Made by a program: the position numbers and the translations under genes. A model generated the notes under the pieces. The model worked only from the letters and a program-made list of their open reading frames with translations. It was not told the origin of the DNA and did not search any database. Positions 39,004-50,324 of a stretch of 64,000 nt of DNA are shown here, in pieces. Source of the DNA: a bacterium (GTDB taxonomy: Bacteria > UBA8248); assembly GCA_965207065.1 (NCBI GenBank), contig OZ242260.1:3616001-3680000 (forward strand), in the 5' to 3' direction. Positions within the stretch are counted from its first letter, which is position 1. Each line of letters starts with the position of its first letter.

Positions 39004-40680
39004 TCATATCCCCGAGCGGAAAACGATTTTCCCTCCGACCATCGTGAGCAAGGGCTTGGTGTCCCTGATCTGATCTTCGGGTATCTTCATGTAATCGCGG
39101 TCGAGCACGACGAGGTCGGCCAGTTTGCCCTTTTCGATGGAACCGAGTTCATTTTCCTTGAAAAACAGGTACGCGTTCGAACGCGTGTGGGCGATGAGCG
39201 CGTTTTTCCTGGAAACGGTTTCGGCCTCCAAAAGCGCCCTCTCCCCGCCCAAATCCATGCCCGTAACCGCCCACCAAAGGGAAAGCATGGGCGGATAAGG
39301 GGCCACGACGCCGGCATCCGTGCCGAGCCCCCAAACGACCCCGCTGTTCTGAACTGTCCTCAGCGGCGGCAGCGAGAGCGCCCGCTCGCCCAATCTCCGC
39401 CTCAAAGCGGAGCCCAGAATCGTCATTTTGCTGTGCAGCGCCAGGGTCATCCCGAGCGCTTTCGCCCGTTCGATGTTTCTCTTCGAGATGAAATCCGCGT
39501 GGTGAATCGACCAGCGCAGATTCGTTATGTTCTTTTTCTGATTGATTTTCTCGAAAATATCCAGATACCGCGTAATCGTCGTATCGCGAAAAGCATGTTC
39601 GTGAATCGTCCATCCCCCATCCGCCGCCGCCCGGGAAACCTTTGCAAATTCCGCGTAATCCTCATCCGGGTACCGGGAGGGCCGGAACGCCGAGTCGTGG
39701 ATTCGCGCGTACATATGCTCGCCAAGCGCGATATTTCCCATCATTCTGGCGGATTTCTCAGGGCGGGAGTTTCGAATTCTCTCAATCACTCTTTTGTTTT
39801 GCTCCGGAGATCGGGCCCGGAAGCGGGGTGTGTGAAAAATCCTCAGCGTGAGGCCGTCCTTATCAGCCAGTCTTTGCTTGATCATCTTGTAGGTGGCGTC
39901 CCGGACGCCGCCGCCACCCAGTTCAAATACGCTCGTGACGCCGGCGCGGTTGAAGTCCGCCATCAGCTTCTTGAGGCCTGATATGGTTTTGCCATCCGTT
40001 ACTTTTGGCAGTTCACGCCGCCAGAACCTGAAAATGGCCCGGCGGCCACGAATAACGCCCGTGGGAGCGCCGGATGCCGTTCTGGCTATCCGCCAGCCTC
40101 TCGGAGCTTCAAAATTCTCATCGATGCCCGCCTTCTTCAGAGCCAGGCTGTTCAGAATCATGAACCGGTATGACTGCTGGATGAACACGGGGTTGTTCGC
40201 GGCGGCCGAGTCCAACTCCGCTTTCGTGAACAATCCCGGCTTATTCCGGAATTGCCCGGGGCTCCATCCACCAATGATGAGCACCCATTCTCCGCGTTTC
40301 AGCGACTTCGCCCTGGCGGATATGATGTCCAGCGCCTTTTGACGCGAAGTGACTCCGTCGATTCTCGCTTCGTGCTCCCAGCGCAGCGCATGGCGGATGA
40401 AATGAACATGATTGTCTATCAGGCCGGGGATCAGCGTTTTCCCTTTCAGATCAATCACTTTCGTACCGGAATTCACCAGTTGCCTTATCTGAGAATTACC
40501 CCCCACAGACAAGATGCGTTCGCCCTGGATGGCCACCGCCTGTTGCGTGGAGAAATTCGCATCGACCGTTAATACTTTCCCGTTCACCAGGGCGATATCT
40601 GCGGTTTGAGCAAAGCCAGAAGATGGGAGAACCCCCAGAATTACGAGCATTACTGCGAAAATTCTAATTTTCAGAACCAT
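39004..40680 (-). CDS. Exported amidohydrolase-3 (YtcJ-like) protein
   Basis: Signal peptide; LIPGLIDNHVH, HEHA, SIHHA, LGTD, GSIEKGKLADLVVLD. Confidence 0.87.
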   Translation of the reverse strand: MVLKIRIFAVMLVILGVLPSSGFAQTADIALVNGKVLTVDANFSTQQAVAIQGERILSVGGNSQIRQLVNSGTKVIDLKGKTLIPGLIDNHVHFIRHALRWEHEARIDGVTSRQKALDIISARAKSLKRGEWVLIIGGWSPGQFRNKPGLFTKAELDSAAANNPVFIQQSYRFMILNSLALKKAGIDENFEAPRGWRIARTASGAPTGVIRGRRAIFRFWRRELPKVTDGKTISGLKKLMADFNRAGVTSVFELGGGGVRDATYKMIKQRLADKDGLTLRIFHTPRFRARSPEQNKRVIERIRNSRPEKSARMMGNIALGEHMYARIHDSAFRPSRYPDEDYAEFAKVSRAAADGGWTIHEHAFRDTTITRYLDIFEKINQKKNITNLRWSIHHADFISKRNIERAKALGMTLALHSKMTILGSALRRRLGERALSLPPLRTVQNSGVVWGLGTDAGVVAPYPPMLSLWWAVTGMDLGGERALLEAETVSRKNALIAHTRSNAYLFFKENELGSIEKGKLADLVVLDRDYMKIPEDQIRDTKPLLTMVGGKIVFRSGI

Positions 40681-40840
40681 GCGATACCCCCTGAAACCAA
40701 AACATATTCTCTATGATTCACCCAAAGATCGAGGGATAGAAATACATCCGTGATGGTGATACCATATTCGCCCGGATCACCAATGACAGCAAATGCGTGG
40801 TTGGAGAAATGGTAATTCTCACCGTCGAGGAGGACCAAAA

Positions 40841-41842
40841 ATGAATACTTCCAATAATTCAAACCAGCAAACCCCCAGACCGAAAACAACCGTGGCGCCG
40901 GTTACCGTCATTCGCTTCGGAGAAATGATTCCTGATTGGGGTGAATATCATGAATCAAATATGGAGGGGAATCACCGGGCGATTTACCGATACATCGGAG
41001 GTATTTCCGGTCAAAATCTCCGCTCTCCCCTCCCCGGCTGGGAATTCACCTGCGGCATCGCCATGGCTCCTCCCCAAAACGGCGCACCGCTCCACGATCA
41101 CCCTGACGAAGAGATATTCATGGTCTGGGAAGGTGAATTCGAGATATTCTGGGAGGAATTCGAAACCAATGCTCCCAAAAGCGTCGTTTTGGGCAAATAC
41201 GATCTCATCCGCGTACCCTCCGGCATCATGCGCGGGTTCAGGAATGTCGGAAACGATGACGGGTTCATTCATTTCATCCACGGCCAGGGCGACTACCAGT
41301 ATCCCGTCTACCCTGATTCGCTGCGAGAAGGTCTGCCGGATGGCGCTCGAACCGAATCTTACGTCAAAAAACCCGCCTATGACCCGGCAACCCAACTGGT
41401 CCGCCACGAGGAATGTCCCCGGAACTGGAGCGTTTATTATGAGGCGAAACTTCCCGAGGGAGTTCGGTCTCTCAGGCGCTATATCGGCGGCGTATCCGGT
41501 GATACGGATGAAGGTCCACCGCCTTCCCTGTCCGAAGGAGAGATAGGATACGCGATGGTGGAATGCGGCAATGGCCGCGGCGCGCCGCTTCATGACCATC
41601 CATGCGAGGAACTTTTTATCGCTTTAGAGGGCAGATGGGTCGTCTATTGGGCCGACGAGCGGGGAAACATCGAGCAAGCCGTTCTCGAACCATGGGATGC
41701 CTGCTGGGTGCCTACCGGTGTGCAGCGCGGATTCCGAAATGCCGACCGAACCGAAGGGAAAATCCACATCATCCAGGGACAAGGAGCAACCCCGGCCCCT
41801 AACTACACGAAAGATTATGCTGCCCTGAAAGAAAATGCCTAG
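40841..41842 (+). CDS. Bicupin (two cupin domains) protein
   Basis: Two copies of GAPLHDHP.EE.F...P.G..RGFRN; GAGGAGG RBS before ATG 40841. Confidence 0.85.
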   Translation: MNTSNNSNQQTPRPKTTVAPVTVIRFGEMIPDWGEYHESNMEGNHRAIYRYIGGISGQNLRSPLPGWEFTCGIAMAPPQNGAPLHDHPDEEIFMVWEGEFEIFWEEFETNAPKSVVLGKYDLIRVPSGIMRGFRNVGNDDGFIHFIHGQGDYQYPVYPDSLREGLPDGARTESYVKKPAYDPATQLVRHEECPRNWSVYYEAKLPEGVRSLRRYIGGVSGDTDEGPPPSLSEGEIGYAMVECGNGRGAPLHDHPCEELFIALEGRWVVYWADERGNIEQAVLEPWDACWVPTGVQRGFRNADRTEGKIHIIQGQGATPAPNYTKDYAALKENA

Positions 41843-41963
41843 ATGAACCCGCAGGATAGCGATTGAATGTGTATTTTGCGAGCATGGAAAACAGAAGCTA
41901 GATCAAATAGTTAGGGGGAAACATCCCTGACGGGGGGTGCGACCCGTTTGTATCGCTCAGCTT

Positions 41964-43052
41964 CTAATGCCCTTCTCCCAAAGGCAATTGCACGGCCTCT
42001 CCCGTTTTGGAAGACAATTCCATCGCTATCGTCACTTCCAGGGTCTGACGCGCATCCTCGGCCGTGGCGTGGGTTGTCGGCCTCCCGTTGATGACATGAT
42101 CCAGCCAGCTTCTTGTTTCATCACCCAGCGGACCCCAATAATCACCCGCCGCCCAGTCACCAGGCGTCGTACTGCTCAAAAATGCCGTATTGATGTGATG
42201 ATCCGGTATATATGTGTGCGGAATTCCCTTGTCGGTATACAGCATTTCATCCTTGTGGTCTTCGTCCAGCATTAAAACGCCGTCCGTACCGTAAATCTCC
42301 ATTCTCACGCTTTGGCCCAGCGCCGGATATTTTGCGGGCAGAGCGTAAAAAACGCCCAGATTCATTACCGCTCCATTGTCAAAGGTGACGATTGACCAAG
42401 TGACGTCGTTCGCTGAATAGCCGAGTTCTTTATATATTTTCCCGTTTCCACGAGCGACCACCTCGACTGGTCGATGGCCTTCCATGAACCAGCAGGCCAT
42501 ATCCACCCAATACGTGAGAACGTCCAGCACAGGCGTTGCGTGAGGGGAGCGCTTCAGAATCTGCAGCCCCTGGGCGCGGGTGTTACAGGTACGGCCCGTG
42601 CCGGCGAGGATTTCCCCAAGCCTTCCCTGAATAATTTGCTCTTTCGCCATCTGGTAGCGACGTTTGAATCGTTGAGCATAACCTACCCGAAGTTCAGTGC
42701 CTGTCCTCTCGGCAACCGAGAGTATGCGGTCGGCGTCTTCCAATGTGAGGGAAATCGGTTTTTCCACCAACACCGGCTTGCCCAATTCCAGGGCATGGAT
42801 GATGGAATCGGCATGATCGTGCTCGGGTGTGGATACGATAACGGTCGTGACATCGGGGTGTTCAATAACTTCTTCATTCTTACCGGTAGCGAGTTGGGCG
42901 CCTACCTTGCCCCCCAAGTCTTTCGCCCGCTCCTGATCGATGTCCGATACCGCCAAAAATTCAAGAGACGGATGATGTGAGACCAGATTCGCCCGCAAAG
43001 TCCCTATTCTACCGGAACCCACAACACCCACACCTAACGCTTTTTTGTCCAT
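41964..43052 (-). CDS. Gfo/Idh/MocA family oxidoreductase
   Basis: GVVGSGRIG, STPEHDH, GKPVLVEKP, VGYAQRF. Confidence 0.9.
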   Translation of the reverse strand: MDKKALGVGVVGSGRIGTLRANLVSHHPSLEFLAVSDIDQERAKDLGGKVGAQLATGKNEEVIEHPDVTTVIVSTPEHDHADSIIHALELGKPVLVEKPISLTLEDADRILSVAERTGTELRVGYAQRFKRRYQMAKEQIIQGRLGEILAGTGRTCNTRAQGLQILKRSPHATPVLDVLTYWVDMACWFMEGHRPVEVVARGNGKIYKELGYSANDVTWSIVTFDNGAVMNLGVFYALPAKYPALGQSVRMEIYGTDGVLMLDEDHKDEMLYTDKGIPHTYIPDHHINTAFLSSTTPGDWAAGDYWGPLGDETRSWLDHVINGRPTTHATAEDARQTLEVTIAMELSSKTGEAVQLPLGEGH

Positions 43053-43138
43053 TTTACCCTCTGAATTTCCTTGAAAAGTTATCTAGACAGAAGCCGAATC
43101 AAGTAATGCCCTGCTTCTCTCCCTCGTAGGAGCAAATG

Positions 43139-43166
43139 AAAAAAACCGGCCTCCAAGGAGACCGGT
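43139..43166 (-). terminator. Rho-independent terminator after pnp
   Basis: Minus strand ACCGGTCTCC-TT-GGAGGCCGGT followed by a T tract. Confidence 0.85.
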
Positions 43167-43189
43167 GCACACATCAAAATCCGGGAGCA

Positions 43190-45325
43190 TCAAGTCACGG
43201 GTGCATAGAATTGCTTCCATTCTTCGGGCAACTCTTCTTCTGTCACATCTTTCATGGAGAGACGGATTCTCCCATTCCCTTCCACTTCAATGCATTTCAC
43301 CAAAACCTTCTGGCCTTCTTTCAAGACATCAGTCACTGAACCAATTCTCTTCTTGGCAATCATGCTGATATGACAAAGACCATCCGTACCCGGGAAAATT
43401 TCAACGAATGCTCCAAAATCCATGATTTTTCTGACTGTCCCATGGTAAATCGTGCCCTTCTCGGCTTCCTGAGTCAGTTCACGAATGATCTCAATCGCCC
43501 TGAGAGCAGCCGACTCATCCGTGGATGAGATGAAGATGGTTCCATCATCTTCAATATCTACATCCGCCCCAGTCTCCTCGACAATGCCGCGAATTACTTT
43601 TCCGCCTGGTCCGATCACATCCCTCACGCGATCTTTCGAGACCTGAATCGTCATAATCCTCGGCGCATAAGGGGAAATCTCTTCGCTTGGCTGAGAAATC
43701 ACTTTATCCATCTGATCAAGTACATGCATTCTCGCGTCGTTGGCCTGTGACAAAGCATCCCTCACGAGGCTCAGTTGCAACCCTTTGATTTTGATGTCCA
43801 TTTGAAGGGCCGTAATGCCATGGCGCGTGCCACCAACCTTGAAGTCCATATCTCCCAAATGATCTTCCAAACCGAGGATATCCGTGAGTATTGCCGTTCT
43901 TCCTGTGGATTCTTCACTGATCAAACCCATGGCAATGCCGGCCACTGGAGATGTTATCGGTACGCCCGCGGTCATCAAGGCCAGACTGGCCCCGCAGATG
44001 CTCGCCATGGATGAGCTGCCATTGCTCTCCGTGATGTCTGAAACCACGCGGATTGTATAGGGGAAATCTTCCTGTTCAGGCAAAATCGCCTGCACGGCGC
44101 GAGAAGCCAACGCACCGTGGCCAATTTCGCGGCGGCCAGGGCCGCGGTTCGGCTTCGCTTCACCAACGCTAAAGCCAGGGAAATTGTAGTGCAGCAGAAA
44201 AGTCCTGTCGGCTTTGCCGTCCAGGGAGTCTATCAATTGCGCTTCGGAGGCAGTACCCAACGTTACAGTCACCAACGCCTGTGTCTCACCCCGTGTGAAC
44301 AATGCGCTGCCATGAGGCCTGGCAAGGGGTGACATTCTGATGGTAATCGGCCTGACATCACGCAGCCCCCGACCATCCGAACGTTTCCCCTCATCCAAAA
44401 TCAAGCCACGGAAAACTTCTTTTTCGAGTTTGCCAAAACAATCCGAGACATCACCCTTATCAGGAGCCCCATCCTCGTCTGTACAAAGAGAGTCAACCGC
44501 AGCAGCTTTCGCCTCATCAATTGCGCCATATTGTCCTGCTTTGTCGTGAATCTCGGCAGCCGCTTGTAATTTGGGAACTACAATTTCACGAACCTTCCCC
44601 AATAGTTCCGCATCTTCTTCCTCTGTTTCGATGATGCGTTTGGTTTTTCCGCATTCGGTCCTGAGTTCTTCTTGTAGGACACACAACTCTTTAATTACCG
44701 AATGGCCTTGCTCAAACGCTTCCATATATACGTCTTCGGAAACTTCAAAACTTCCTGCTTCCACCATGACAATTGCGTCCGATGTGCCGGCCATCACACA
44801 GTTCAGATCGCTGTCAATTTGCTGTTCTACCGTCGGATTAACAATGATTTCGCCATCAATTCGCCCGACACGAACAGCACCGATAGGACCGGCGAATGGG
44901 ATGTCCGAGATGTGGAGAGCGGCGGAAGTGCCATTGATTGCCAAAATGTCGGAGTCATTCAACTTGTCATAAGACATGACCATAATCTGAATCATCGTCT
45001 CACAACGAAATTCCTTCGGGAAAAGAGGCCGGATTGGCCTATCGATTAAACGACAAGTTAATGTTTCTCTCTCGCCAGGCTTTGCTTCGCGCCGAAAAAA
45101 GTTGCCGGGAATAATTCCTGCTGCGTAGAAAAATTCCCGGTAGTCAACCGTAAGCGGGAAAAAGTCTATCCCTTCACGAGTAGAGTGCGAGGCGCAAGCC
45201 GTACAGAGCACACTGGTTTCACCATAATGCATCATTACGGCGCCGCCGGCTTGCTTGGCTATCTCACCTGTTTCAAAAGCAAGAGTATAACCATTGATAG
45301 ATATGTCTTTACGATACGGTGGCAT
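43190..45325 (-). CDS. pnp: Polyribonucleotide nucleotidyltransferase
   Basis: DFFPLTVDY, RLIDRPIRPLFP, HGSALFTRGETQ, ESNGSSSMAS, DHLGDMDFKV, KH and S1 domains. Confidence 0.98.
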   Translation of the reverse strand: MPPYRKDISINGYTLAFETGEIAKQAGGAVMMHYGETSVLCTACASHSTREGIDFFPLTVDYREFFYAAGIIPGNFFRREAKPGERETLTCRLIDRPIRPLFPKEFRCETMIQIMVMSYDKLNDSDILAINGTSAALHISDIPFAGPIGAVRVGRIDGEIIVNPTVEQQIDSDLNCVMAGTSDAIVMVEAGSFEVSEDVYMEAFEQGHSVIKELCVLQEELRTECGKTKRIIETEEEDAELLGKVREIVVPKLQAAAEIHDKAGQYGAIDEAKAAAVDSLCTDEDGAPDKGDVSDCFGKLEKEVFRGLILDEGKRSDGRGLRDVRPITIRMSPLARPHGSALFTRGETQALVTVTLGTASEAQLIDSLDGKADRTFLLHYNFPGFSVGEAKPNRGPGRREIGHGALASRAVQAILPEQEDFPYTIRVVSDITESNGSSSMASICGASLALMTAGVPITSPVAGIAMGLISEESTGRTAILTDILGLEDHLGDMDFKVGGTRHGITALQMDIKIKGLQLSLVRDALSQANDARMHVLDQMDKVISQPSEEISPYAPRIMTIQVSKDRVRDVIGPGGKVIRGIVEETGADVDIEDDGTIFISSTDESAALRAIEIIRELTQEAEKGTIYHGTVRKIMDFGAFVEIFPGTDGLCHISMIAKKRIGSVTDVLKEGQKVLVKCIEVEGNGRIRLSMKDVTEEELPEEWKQFYAPVT

Positions 45326-45357
45326 TAGATAGCTTCCCTCTGATGCAAGACCCACAT

Positions 45358-45627
45358 CTAGCGACGCAGGCCAAGATCCTGAATGATCGTGCGATAGCGG
45401 CTGATGTCCTTTTCTTTCAAATAATCAAGGAGACGCCGCCGCTGACCCACGAGTTTCAATAGCCCTCTTCGGGAATGATGATCTTTCTTGTGGGTCTTGA
45501 AATGGTCTGTGAGGTAGGTAATACGCTCGGTTAGGATAGCTACCTGCACTTCTGGTGAACCGGTATCGGTGTCATGTGTGCGGAACTTTTCAATAACTTC
45601 CGATTTTCGCTCCTTTGCTAGGGGCAT
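45358..45627 (-). CDS. rpsO: 30S ribosomal protein S15
   Basis: [13 protein letters not shown]...[24 protein letters not shown]. Confidence 0.98.
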   Translation of the reverse strand: MPLAKERKSEVIEKFRTHDTDTGSPEVQVAILTERITYLTDHFKTHKKDHHSRRGLLKLVGQRRRLLDYLKEKDISRYRTIIQDLGLRR

Positions 45628-45761
45628 TTCTGTCACTTCCTCCACTGCTTATATCGCCGCTCTCGATTCTGCCGAGCCACTTTGGTGTAACTTCTTGAAA
45701 ACGGGCGGATTCTATACAACTTTTCCATCAATGTAAATACAGAACGTATTTTCTCTTAAAT

Positions 45762-46688
45762 CTAAATGGCAAACACTTTTTCAGGCGCCACAAACCCTTG
45801 GCTTCGTTTTCGTGCATTTTCATGGACCATCTTTCCGACCGCCAATAACTCCCCCGGTTCACTCAACATACGGACACGAGTATCTACTGGCAAATCAACA
45901 GCTTCCCGAACATCTTCGAACCTGATCATAGCACCATTCAGCACCCGCACCTCCGCTCTCGGGTGTACATGGATAGCAGGTAAATGCGCGAGAGCCTGTG
46001 CAGGACTTATGAGAATATCCATAAGGCGTCTTTCTCTCGAATAGCGTTGAACATCTTCAAGAGAATGAGTATTCGCGAGTTCAAACGGGCCCAAAGCGGT
46101 TCGCGTGAGCGCTTGCAAACAACCGCCAGCCCCTTGATTGGCCCCAATATCATGACATATCGAGCGAATATATGTTCCCCGTGAACAGGTAACATCAAAG
46201 GTAAGTTGGGGACCTACTATGCTAATTGCCTTGATCCTGAACACCTCTATGGGCCGCTTATCTCTTTCAATTTCCTTGCCAGAACGCGCTAATTCATGCA
46301 GACGCTTTCCATTGGATTTCAAAGCAGAATACATTGGGGGCATCTGCTTTGTCTTACCAAGCATCGCATTCAGCAGCTCTTGGGCTCGAGTAATTGTAAT
46401 CTCCCCTGGCTCAGATTCGGCTAACAATTTTCCCGTAATATCCTGTGTATCTGTTACTCGCCCAAACAACATGACAGCCCGGTATGTTTTCTTGCACTCT
46501 AAAAAATATGAGAATAATTTCGTCGAGGGGCCAATACAAATTGGCAACACTCCTTCGGCCATAGGGTCAAGTGTACCTGCATGCCCCACTTTAGTTTTTC
46601 TAGGAAGAAGTTTTCTCACTTCATCAACCATATCGTGTGAAGTAGGACCATTCGTTTTCTTCAGATTCAAAACACCCGAAAGTTCCAA
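45762..46688 (-). CDS. truB: tRNA pseudouridine(55) synthase
   Basis: TSHD.V, KVGHAGTLDP.A.GVL, PPMYSALK, CSRGTYIRS. Confidence 0.96.
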   Translation of the reverse strand: MELSGVLNLKKTNGPTSHDMVDEVRKLLPRKTKVGHAGTLDPMAEGVLPICIGPSTKLFSYFLECKKTYRAVMLFGRVTDTQDITGKLLAESEPGEITITRAQELLNAMLGKTKQMPPMYSALKSNGKRLHELARSGKEIERDKRPIEVFRIKAISIVGPQLTFDVTCSRGTYIRSICHDIGANQGAGGCLQALTRTALGPFELANTHSLEDVQRYSRERRLMDILISPAQALAHLPAIHVHPRAEVRVLNGAMIRFEDVREAVDLPVDTRVRMLSEPGELLAVGKMVHENARKRSQGFVAPEKVFAI

Positions 46689-46691
46689 AAT

Positions 46692-47066
46692 CTAACCCTT
46701 TTTTGAACTTACCTCTTTACATACATCCGATAACAAACGTTCAATTTCGGCGCTATATGCCAAACTGTGGTCGACGAAGAATTTTAGCTTGGGTGTACTT
46801 TTCAATTTCAAACGCTCGGCAAGTTTCATCTGCAAGAATCCACTGGCGCGTTCGAGTCCCTTCAAACCTTCTTCTATCTCTTCCACATTACCTTGATTTT
46901 CACCGTATCGGCTAAAGTAGACCTTCGCAACTCTTAAATCCGTGGACACTTCCACCCGGGTAATCACAACATGTTGCACGCGCGGATCTTTTACATCCCT
47001 CATCACCATATTTGCGAGTTCGGATTGTATGAGTTCCGCTACGCGCAGCAAACGAGAATTGCCCAT
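46692..47066 (-). CDS. rbfA: Ribosome-binding factor A
   Basis: RVAELIQ.EL, KDPRV, DLRVAKVY, P.LKF..D.S. Confidence 0.95.
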   Translation of the reverse strand: MGNSRLLRVAELIQSELANMVMRDVKDPRVQHVVITRVEVSTDLRVAKVYFSRYGENQGNVEEIEEGLKGLERASGFLQMKLAERLKLKSTPKLKFFVDHSLAYSAEIERLLSDVCKEVSSKKG

Positions 47067-47090
47067 GCTATCAATTTCCCTCCATAAAAT

Positions 47091-47375
47091 TCAAAAAATC
47101 TCGATATCAAAATCCAGTACAATCATTAAACCCATTCCCTCAATAAAATTCAGCACTTTTCTAAGCTGGCTATCTACAAATCGACTATCATTGCTTACGA
47201 CGCATACACCGATACGACATCTCTGCCACTTATCTTGATAATCGACTTCCGCGACAGACACATTAAACCTCTGACGCAGGCGTGTCGTGACTGACTGAAC
47301 TATCTTACGCTTTGCCTTGAGCGAACGGCATTCAGGAATCTGAACATCGATATTCAATAGACCTACGACAGGCAT
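47091..47375 (-). CDS. DUF503 (YlxP) family protein
   Basis: SLKAKR...RFNVSVAEV..QD.WQ; sits between infB and rbfA. Confidence 0.9.
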   Translation of the reverse strand: MPVVGLLNIDVQIPECRSLKAKRKIVQSVTTRLRQRFNVSVAEVDYQDKWQRCRIGVCVVSNDSRFVDSQLRKVLNFIEGMGLMIVLDFDIEIF

Positions 47376-47411
47376 GGAGTTGTGATTTCAAAATAGGTGA
47401 TGCAAATCAAG

Positions 47412-49670
47412 CTAAAGCGTCCGCGAAACTTCTTCCGTAACATACGGTTCTACGATATCGCCTTGCTTGATGTCATTATAATTCTCAATTCCGATTCCAC
47501 ACTCATAACCAGATTGAACCTCGTTAACATCATCCTTGAATCGCCTCAAAGATGAAATAGTGCCCGTATATATGACCACATTATCCCGGATGAGACGCAC
47601 GTTCGAATTTCTGTTGATATTCCCATCGGTGACATAACAACCCGCTATGGTACCCACATTGGGAACATGGAATAACTCCCGGATTTCCGCGTGCCCACGA
47701 ACTACTTCTCTCTGGACGGGTTCGAGTATTCCCTCAAGAGCCGACTTGATTTCATCGATAGCGTCATAGATGACCGAATATAAACGAATGTCTACTTTTT
47801 CATGTTTCGCGACTTCTCTGGCTCCTGGCGTCGGACGAACATTAAAACCTACGATTACGGCTGCCGAGGCAGCTGCAAGCATCACGTCGGTTTCTGTAAT
47901 TCCACCCACCGCACTATGTAGGACCTTAACCCCTACTTCCTCATTCCCCAGTTTGCCCAAGGATTCTTTCAAAGCTTCTATGCTACCCTGCACATCCGCT
48001 TTTAAGATTAAGCTCAGTTCTTTCACCTGGCCTTCTTCTACGCTTTCCATGAAACTTTCCAAAGAAACACGCGCAGAAGCCATAAGCGCCGCCATACGTT
48101 CACGTTGTTGACGTCTTGCGCTTATTTCTCTCGTCATCTTCTCATCATCTAAAACCGTAAATGTATCACCCGCCTCAGGAACACCTGCGAATCCCAAAAT
48201 TTCTACTGGTGTAGAGGGCCCTGCAAACTTCAATTTGCGCCCTTGGTCATCTAATAATGCGCGAACTTTGCCATTCCATTTACCGGCCACGAAGTTATCA
48301 CTCACATTCAAAGTACCTCGTTGAACCAAAACAGTAGCAACCGGACCACGTCCCCTATCCAGCTTTGCTTCCACGACAACACCGTTAGCGAGGCGGCTCG
48401 GGTTTGCCTTCAATTCCATGAGTTCGGCCTGCAGAATGGCAAGGTCCAAAAGATCATCAATTCCGATATTCTCTTTTGCGGAAATTTCCGAATAAACCGT
48501 GTCTCCACCCCAATCTTCCGGAATTAAGTCCAATGTCGAAAGTTGCTGTTTTACTCTGTCGGGATTAGCGTCTGCCAAGTCCATTTTATTCATCGCCACC
48601 ATAATAGGGACTCCAGCGGCTTTTGCATGATCGATCGCCTCTCGAGTCTGGGGCATGACACCTTCATTCGCAGCAACTACGATGATAGCTAAATCTGTCA
48701 CTTGCGCCCCCCGCGCCCTCATTGCTGTAAAGGCTTCGTGTCCAGGGGTATCCAAGAATACAGCTGTCCCTTTATCCGTAGTGACTCGATAAGCGCCTAT
48801 ATGTTGCGTGATTCCACCTGCTTCGCCTTCCATCACATTGGCTTTGCGGATTGCATCGAGAAGTCTCGTTTTCCCATGATCAACATGACCCATAATCGTT
48901 ATGACAGGAGATCTGGGCTGAAGATCTTCCACCCTATCCTCTTCTTGAATCAGCAGATCTTCAATATTGTCTTTGGATATTTCAACTTCATAGCCGAAGG
49001 TTTCAGATATATTTGTAGCCGTATTGTGATCTATCATTTGATTGATAGTCGTCATCTGGCCCTTTTTCATCAACTCCTTGATAACTTCCGTCGCCTTTAC
49101 GTTAATTTTTTCAGCAAGTTCTTTCACCGTTATCGTCTCTGCAATACGTACGCGCCCTCCATGTCGACGAGTAGGTTTCTCTTTGCTGACATCGCGCTCA
49201 ACCTTGGGACTTGGTGATGGCGTGATTGTTTTATCTACTGGCAACGGAGTTGCTTGGTCGATGACTGTTTGTTCATTTGTACTAGCATCGACTTTTTCCG
49301 CGCTTGGCTTTTCGTCAACAGCGACATCTTCTGATGTGACAATTTCTTGAACTTCTGCTTCTGGAATGGCGGGAGAGACTGTAGTTGCTTCTTTGGATTC
49401 TACATCTTCAGAGGAAGGTTCACTTGCTTTTTTCGGCTTTTCAACTTTTGTCTTTGTTGAAATCTTTTTTTCAGTCTTGCTTGGTGGCGCCTCTTTTTCC
49501 TCTTGGAGTGATTCCTGAGAAAAAAGCGCCATCACCAGTTCGGCAGTTTCATCATCCACAGTACTCATATGGCTTTTAACTACGATTCCTTCTCTGGCTA
49601 ATTCCTCAACAAAAGTCCTGCTGTCGTAACCAAGATTTTTAGCCAATTGGTATACGCGTACGCTCGCCAT
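47412..49670 (-). CDS. infB: Translation initiation factor IF-2
   Basis: [43 protein letters not shown]. Confidence 0.98.
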   Translation of the reverse strand: MASVRVYQLAKNLGYDSRTFVEELAREGIVVKSHMSTVDDETAELVMALFSQESLQEEKEAPPSKTEKKISTKTKVEKPKKASEPSSEDVESKEATTVSPAIPEAEVQEIVTSEDVAVDEKPSAEKVDASTNEQTVIDQATPLPVDKTITPSPSPKVERDVSKEKPTRRHGGRVRIAETITVKELAEKINVKATEVIKELMKKGQMTTINQMIDHNTATNISETFGYEVEISKDNIEDLLIQEEDRVEDLQPRSPVITIMGHVDHGKTRLLDAIRKANVMEGEAGGITQHIGAYRVTTDKGTAVFLDTPGHEAFTAMRARGAQVTDLAIIVVAANEGVMPQTREAIDHAKAAGVPIMVAMNKMDLADANPDRVKQQLSTLDLIPEDWGGDTVYSEISAKENIGIDDLLDLAILQAELMELKANPSRLANGVVVEAKLDRGRGPVATVLVQRGTLNVSDNFVAGKWNGKVRALLDDQGRKLKFAGPSTPVEILGFAGVPEAGDTFTVLDDEKMTREISARRQQRERMAALMASARVSLESFMESVEEGQVKELSLILKADVQGSIEALKESLGKLGNEEVGVKVLHSAVGGITETDVMLAAASAAVIVGFNVRPTPGAREVAKHEKVDIRLYSVIYDAIDEIKSALEGILEPVQREVVRGHAEIRELFHVPNVGTIAGCYVTDGNINRNSNVRLIRDNVVIYTGTISSLRRFKDDVNEVQSGYECGIGIENYNDIKQGDIVEPYVTEEVSRTL

Positions 49671-49748
49671 AAAACCTCCACTGCAGATTATTTACATCCA
49701 TGAGCCAACAAAAAGTAAATCCATGATGCGCCCGATACATATCTTGCT

Positions 49749-50312
49749 TCAACCGTTGCCAATTCCTCTTTCCTGCATCAAGCGCAAGCAAATGCTGTCT
49801 ACGAGAAGCACATCATCGATAAATAACAGGCCAAACGGTTTTCTACTCAAGCATTCTCCAAGTTCGTTCATCGTAAAAGGCAGAATATAAAATTCTTCCG
49901 ACATGCGTTTCAAGTTCACCAAACTTTTAGTTGATATATCTTTCGAAACAAACGGTCTCCCAAATTTCGAGAGTTTTATCTTTTTGGAAACCGCCTCTTT
50001 TCCAAAGGAGAGTACACCCTTTCTTTTAGAAGCAATCAACATACCTTCGAGGTTTCGCCTAAGAAGCATTCTCACATTCTGAAGCAACTCGTCCGAATGA
50101 ATCCTGAAATTCCTTCTTTTCAGCGCAATTTCCAAACGATTCGAAGAAACAAGCTTTGAAATGCAATTCATGTCAAAACAACAATGTGCCCCTCTTCCTG
50201 GCAATATTCTTCTTATTTCGCAAACGACATCCCCGGTCGGGCCAAATACCATTCGAAAAAATATATTCGCATTTCCTTTTTTTCGACAAACTATACATGT
50301 TCTATCCGGCAA
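49749..50312 (-). CDS. YlxR (DUF448) domain fused to a degenerate L7Ae/YlxQ-like domain
   Basis: PDRTCIVCR...PGRGAH.C N-terminus; between nusA and infB; C-terminal ELG..L.R pattern. Confidence 0.75.
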   Translation of the reverse strand: MPDRTCIVCRKKGNANIFFRMVFGPTGDVVCEIRRILPGRGAHCCFDMNCISKLVSSNRLEIALKRRNFRIHSDELLQNVRMLLRRNLEGMLIASKRKGVLSFGKEAVSKKIKLSKFGRPFVSKDISTKSLVNLKRMSEEFYILPFTMNELGECLSRKPFGLLFIDDVLLVDSICLRLMQERGIGNG

Positions 50313-50324
50313 ACAATCATCCCT

